From: Patescibacteria group bacterium
Lineage (GTDB): Bacteria; Patescibacteriota; Patescibacteriia; Magasanikbacterales; UBA922
Direction: 5' to 3'
NCBI GenBank assembly: GCA_041651535.1
Contig: JBAZIZ010000002.1
Span: 82,059-146,058, forward strand
DNA: 64,000 bases
Of this stretch, positions 62,627-64,000 are shown one piece after another (position 1 is the stretch's first letter; each line of letters begins with the position of its first letter). A program made the translations under genes and the position numbers. A model generated the notes under the pieces. It was not told the origin of the DNA and ran no database searches. It saw nothing but the letters and a program-made list of their open reading frames with translations.

Positions 62627-64000
62627 ATGTCTAAAGAACAAAATCGAACAATTAGTAGCTTGATTGAAAAAATAAAAAATTATGACACAAAAGCTGATTT
62701 AGACATGATCAGATTAGCTTATGATTATGCTGAAAAAGCTCACCAAGGACAAACTAGAAAATCTGGTGAACCATATATAATTCATCCTCTAGCAACCGCC
62801 CATATTTTAGCAGACATGAAAACTGACTATATTTTAGTAATTGCAGCTTTACTCCATGATGTCCCAGAAGATACAGAGAAAACCTTGGAAGATTTAGAAA
62901 AAGAATTCGGACCAGAAGTTATGAATTTAGTAAAAGGCATAACTAAACTTGGCAAATTAAAATATCGAGGTGTGGCACGATATATTGAAAATTTAAGAAA
63001 AATGTTTGTAGCTATGGCAGAAGATGTCCGAGTTATGATTATAAAATTTGCTGATCGAATTCACAATTTAAGTACTTTAGATTCTCTGCCACCACAAAAA
63101 AGATATCGCATTGCTTTAGAAAGTTTAGAAATTTATGCACCTTTAGCAGACAGATTGGGAATGGATGAAATAAAAAGTCAACTTGAAGATTTATCTTTTA
63201 AATATGTTTATCCAAAAGAATACGAAAGAATTAGTGAATTACGCCAAGAAAAATTAAAAGGTAAAGAAAAATATTTTAAATATGTAATTGAAAAAACAAA
63301 AAGAGAATTAGAAAAAACAAATATTCATTTTTTATTTATTGGTGGCAGAAATAAAACTTTATACAGCCTTTATAAAAAAATGCAGAAAAAAAACAATGAT
63401 ATAAATAAAATTTATGACATTGTAGCTGTCCGAGTTATTGTAAAAGATTTGTCTGATTGTTATTCTACTCTTGGTATTATTCATAATATTTGGCGCCCGA
63501 TGAAAGGAAGAATAAAAGATTATATTTCACAACCAAAACCAAATGGTTATCAGTCTCTACATACCACAGTTTTTGGTGATGCAGACGGACAGCCGATAGA
63601 ATTTCAAATTCGTACTGAAGCTATGCATGAACATGCAGAATATGGTATTGCTGCCCATTGGCATTATGATGAATATGGCTCTAGAATGCCAAAAAGAGAA
63701 GTTGATTGGGCTAGAGAATTAGCTGATATCCAAAAAGATATTTTAAATAAACTTTCTGATCTAGAACAAATTAAAATTGATTTTTTACAAACCAGAATTT
63801 TTGTTTTTACTCCAAAAGGTGATGTTATAGATTTACCCGAAGGTTCTACTCCAGTTGATTTTGCTTATAGTATTCATACTGACATTGGAAACAAATGCAC
63901 TGGCGTTTTAATCAATGAAAAAATGTCACCGCTTGACACTTCATTAAATAATGGTGATGTAGTTGATATTATTATAGATAAAAAAAGAAAAGGTCCAAAT
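62627..64000 (+). CDS. rel: RelA/SpoT (p)ppGpp synthetase/hydrolase, runs off the window end
   Basis: Manual translation from ATG 62627: 'AHQGQTRKSGEPYIIHP', 'LLHDVPED', 'KDYISQPKPNGYQSLHT', TGS 'VFTPKGDV'. Confidence 0.93.
   Translation, partial: MSKEQNRTISSLIEKIKNYDTKADLDMIRLAYDYAEKAHQGQTRKSGEPYIIHPLATAHILADMKTDYILVIAALLHDVPEDTEKTLEDLEKEFGPEVMNLVKGITKLGKLKYRGVARYIENLRKMFVAMAEDVRVMIIKFADRIHNLSTLDSLPPQKRYRIALESLEIYAPLADRLGMDEIKSQLEDLSFKYVYPKEYERISELRQEKLKGKEKYFKYVIEKTKRELEKTNIHFLFIGGRNKTLYSLYKKMQKKNNDINKIYDIVAVRVIVKDLSDCYSTLGIIHNIWRPMKGRIKDYISQPKPNGYQSLHTTVFGDADGQPIEFQIRTEAMHEHAEYGIAAHWHYDEYGSRMPKREVDWARELADIQKDILNKLSDLEQIKIDFLQTRIFVFTPKGDVIDLPEGSTPVDFAYSIHTDIGNKCTGVLINEKMSPLDTSLNNGDVVDIIIDKKRKGPN

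Overview
Very AT-rich bacterial chromosome segment. It is most likely from a Patescibacteria/CPR (Parcubacteria-ABY1-like) genome; this is inferred from gene content, CPR-type pilin and secreted proteins, and mostly SD-less A/T-rich start contexts. Housekeeping genes include dnaX (partial), a DEAD-box helicase, pheST, rseP, lemA-htpX, ndk, a phosphomannomutase, clpC, radA, recG, scpB, an ECF sigma factor and rel (partial), plus two tRNAs (Thr-CGT, Arg-GCG). There are also large cell-surface loci, including a 5664-aa adhesin-like protein. The most unusual signals are four. (1) Two stand-alone ~90-100-aa GIY-YIG nuclease genes each sit in short palindromic repeats: one inside an array of six alternating REP-like units, the other between a tRNA-Arg and a duplicated, palindrome-interrupted copy of its 5' end. 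(2) An orphan PemK/MazF-like gene with an in-frame TGA faces a ~60-nt promoter-driven structured RNA, a candidate RNA antitoxin. (3) Three further promoter-led, highly structured intergenic RNAs match no family I recognise. (4) A strand-oriented 7-nt-period motif follows at least six stop codons. All calls are by eye; no searches were run.
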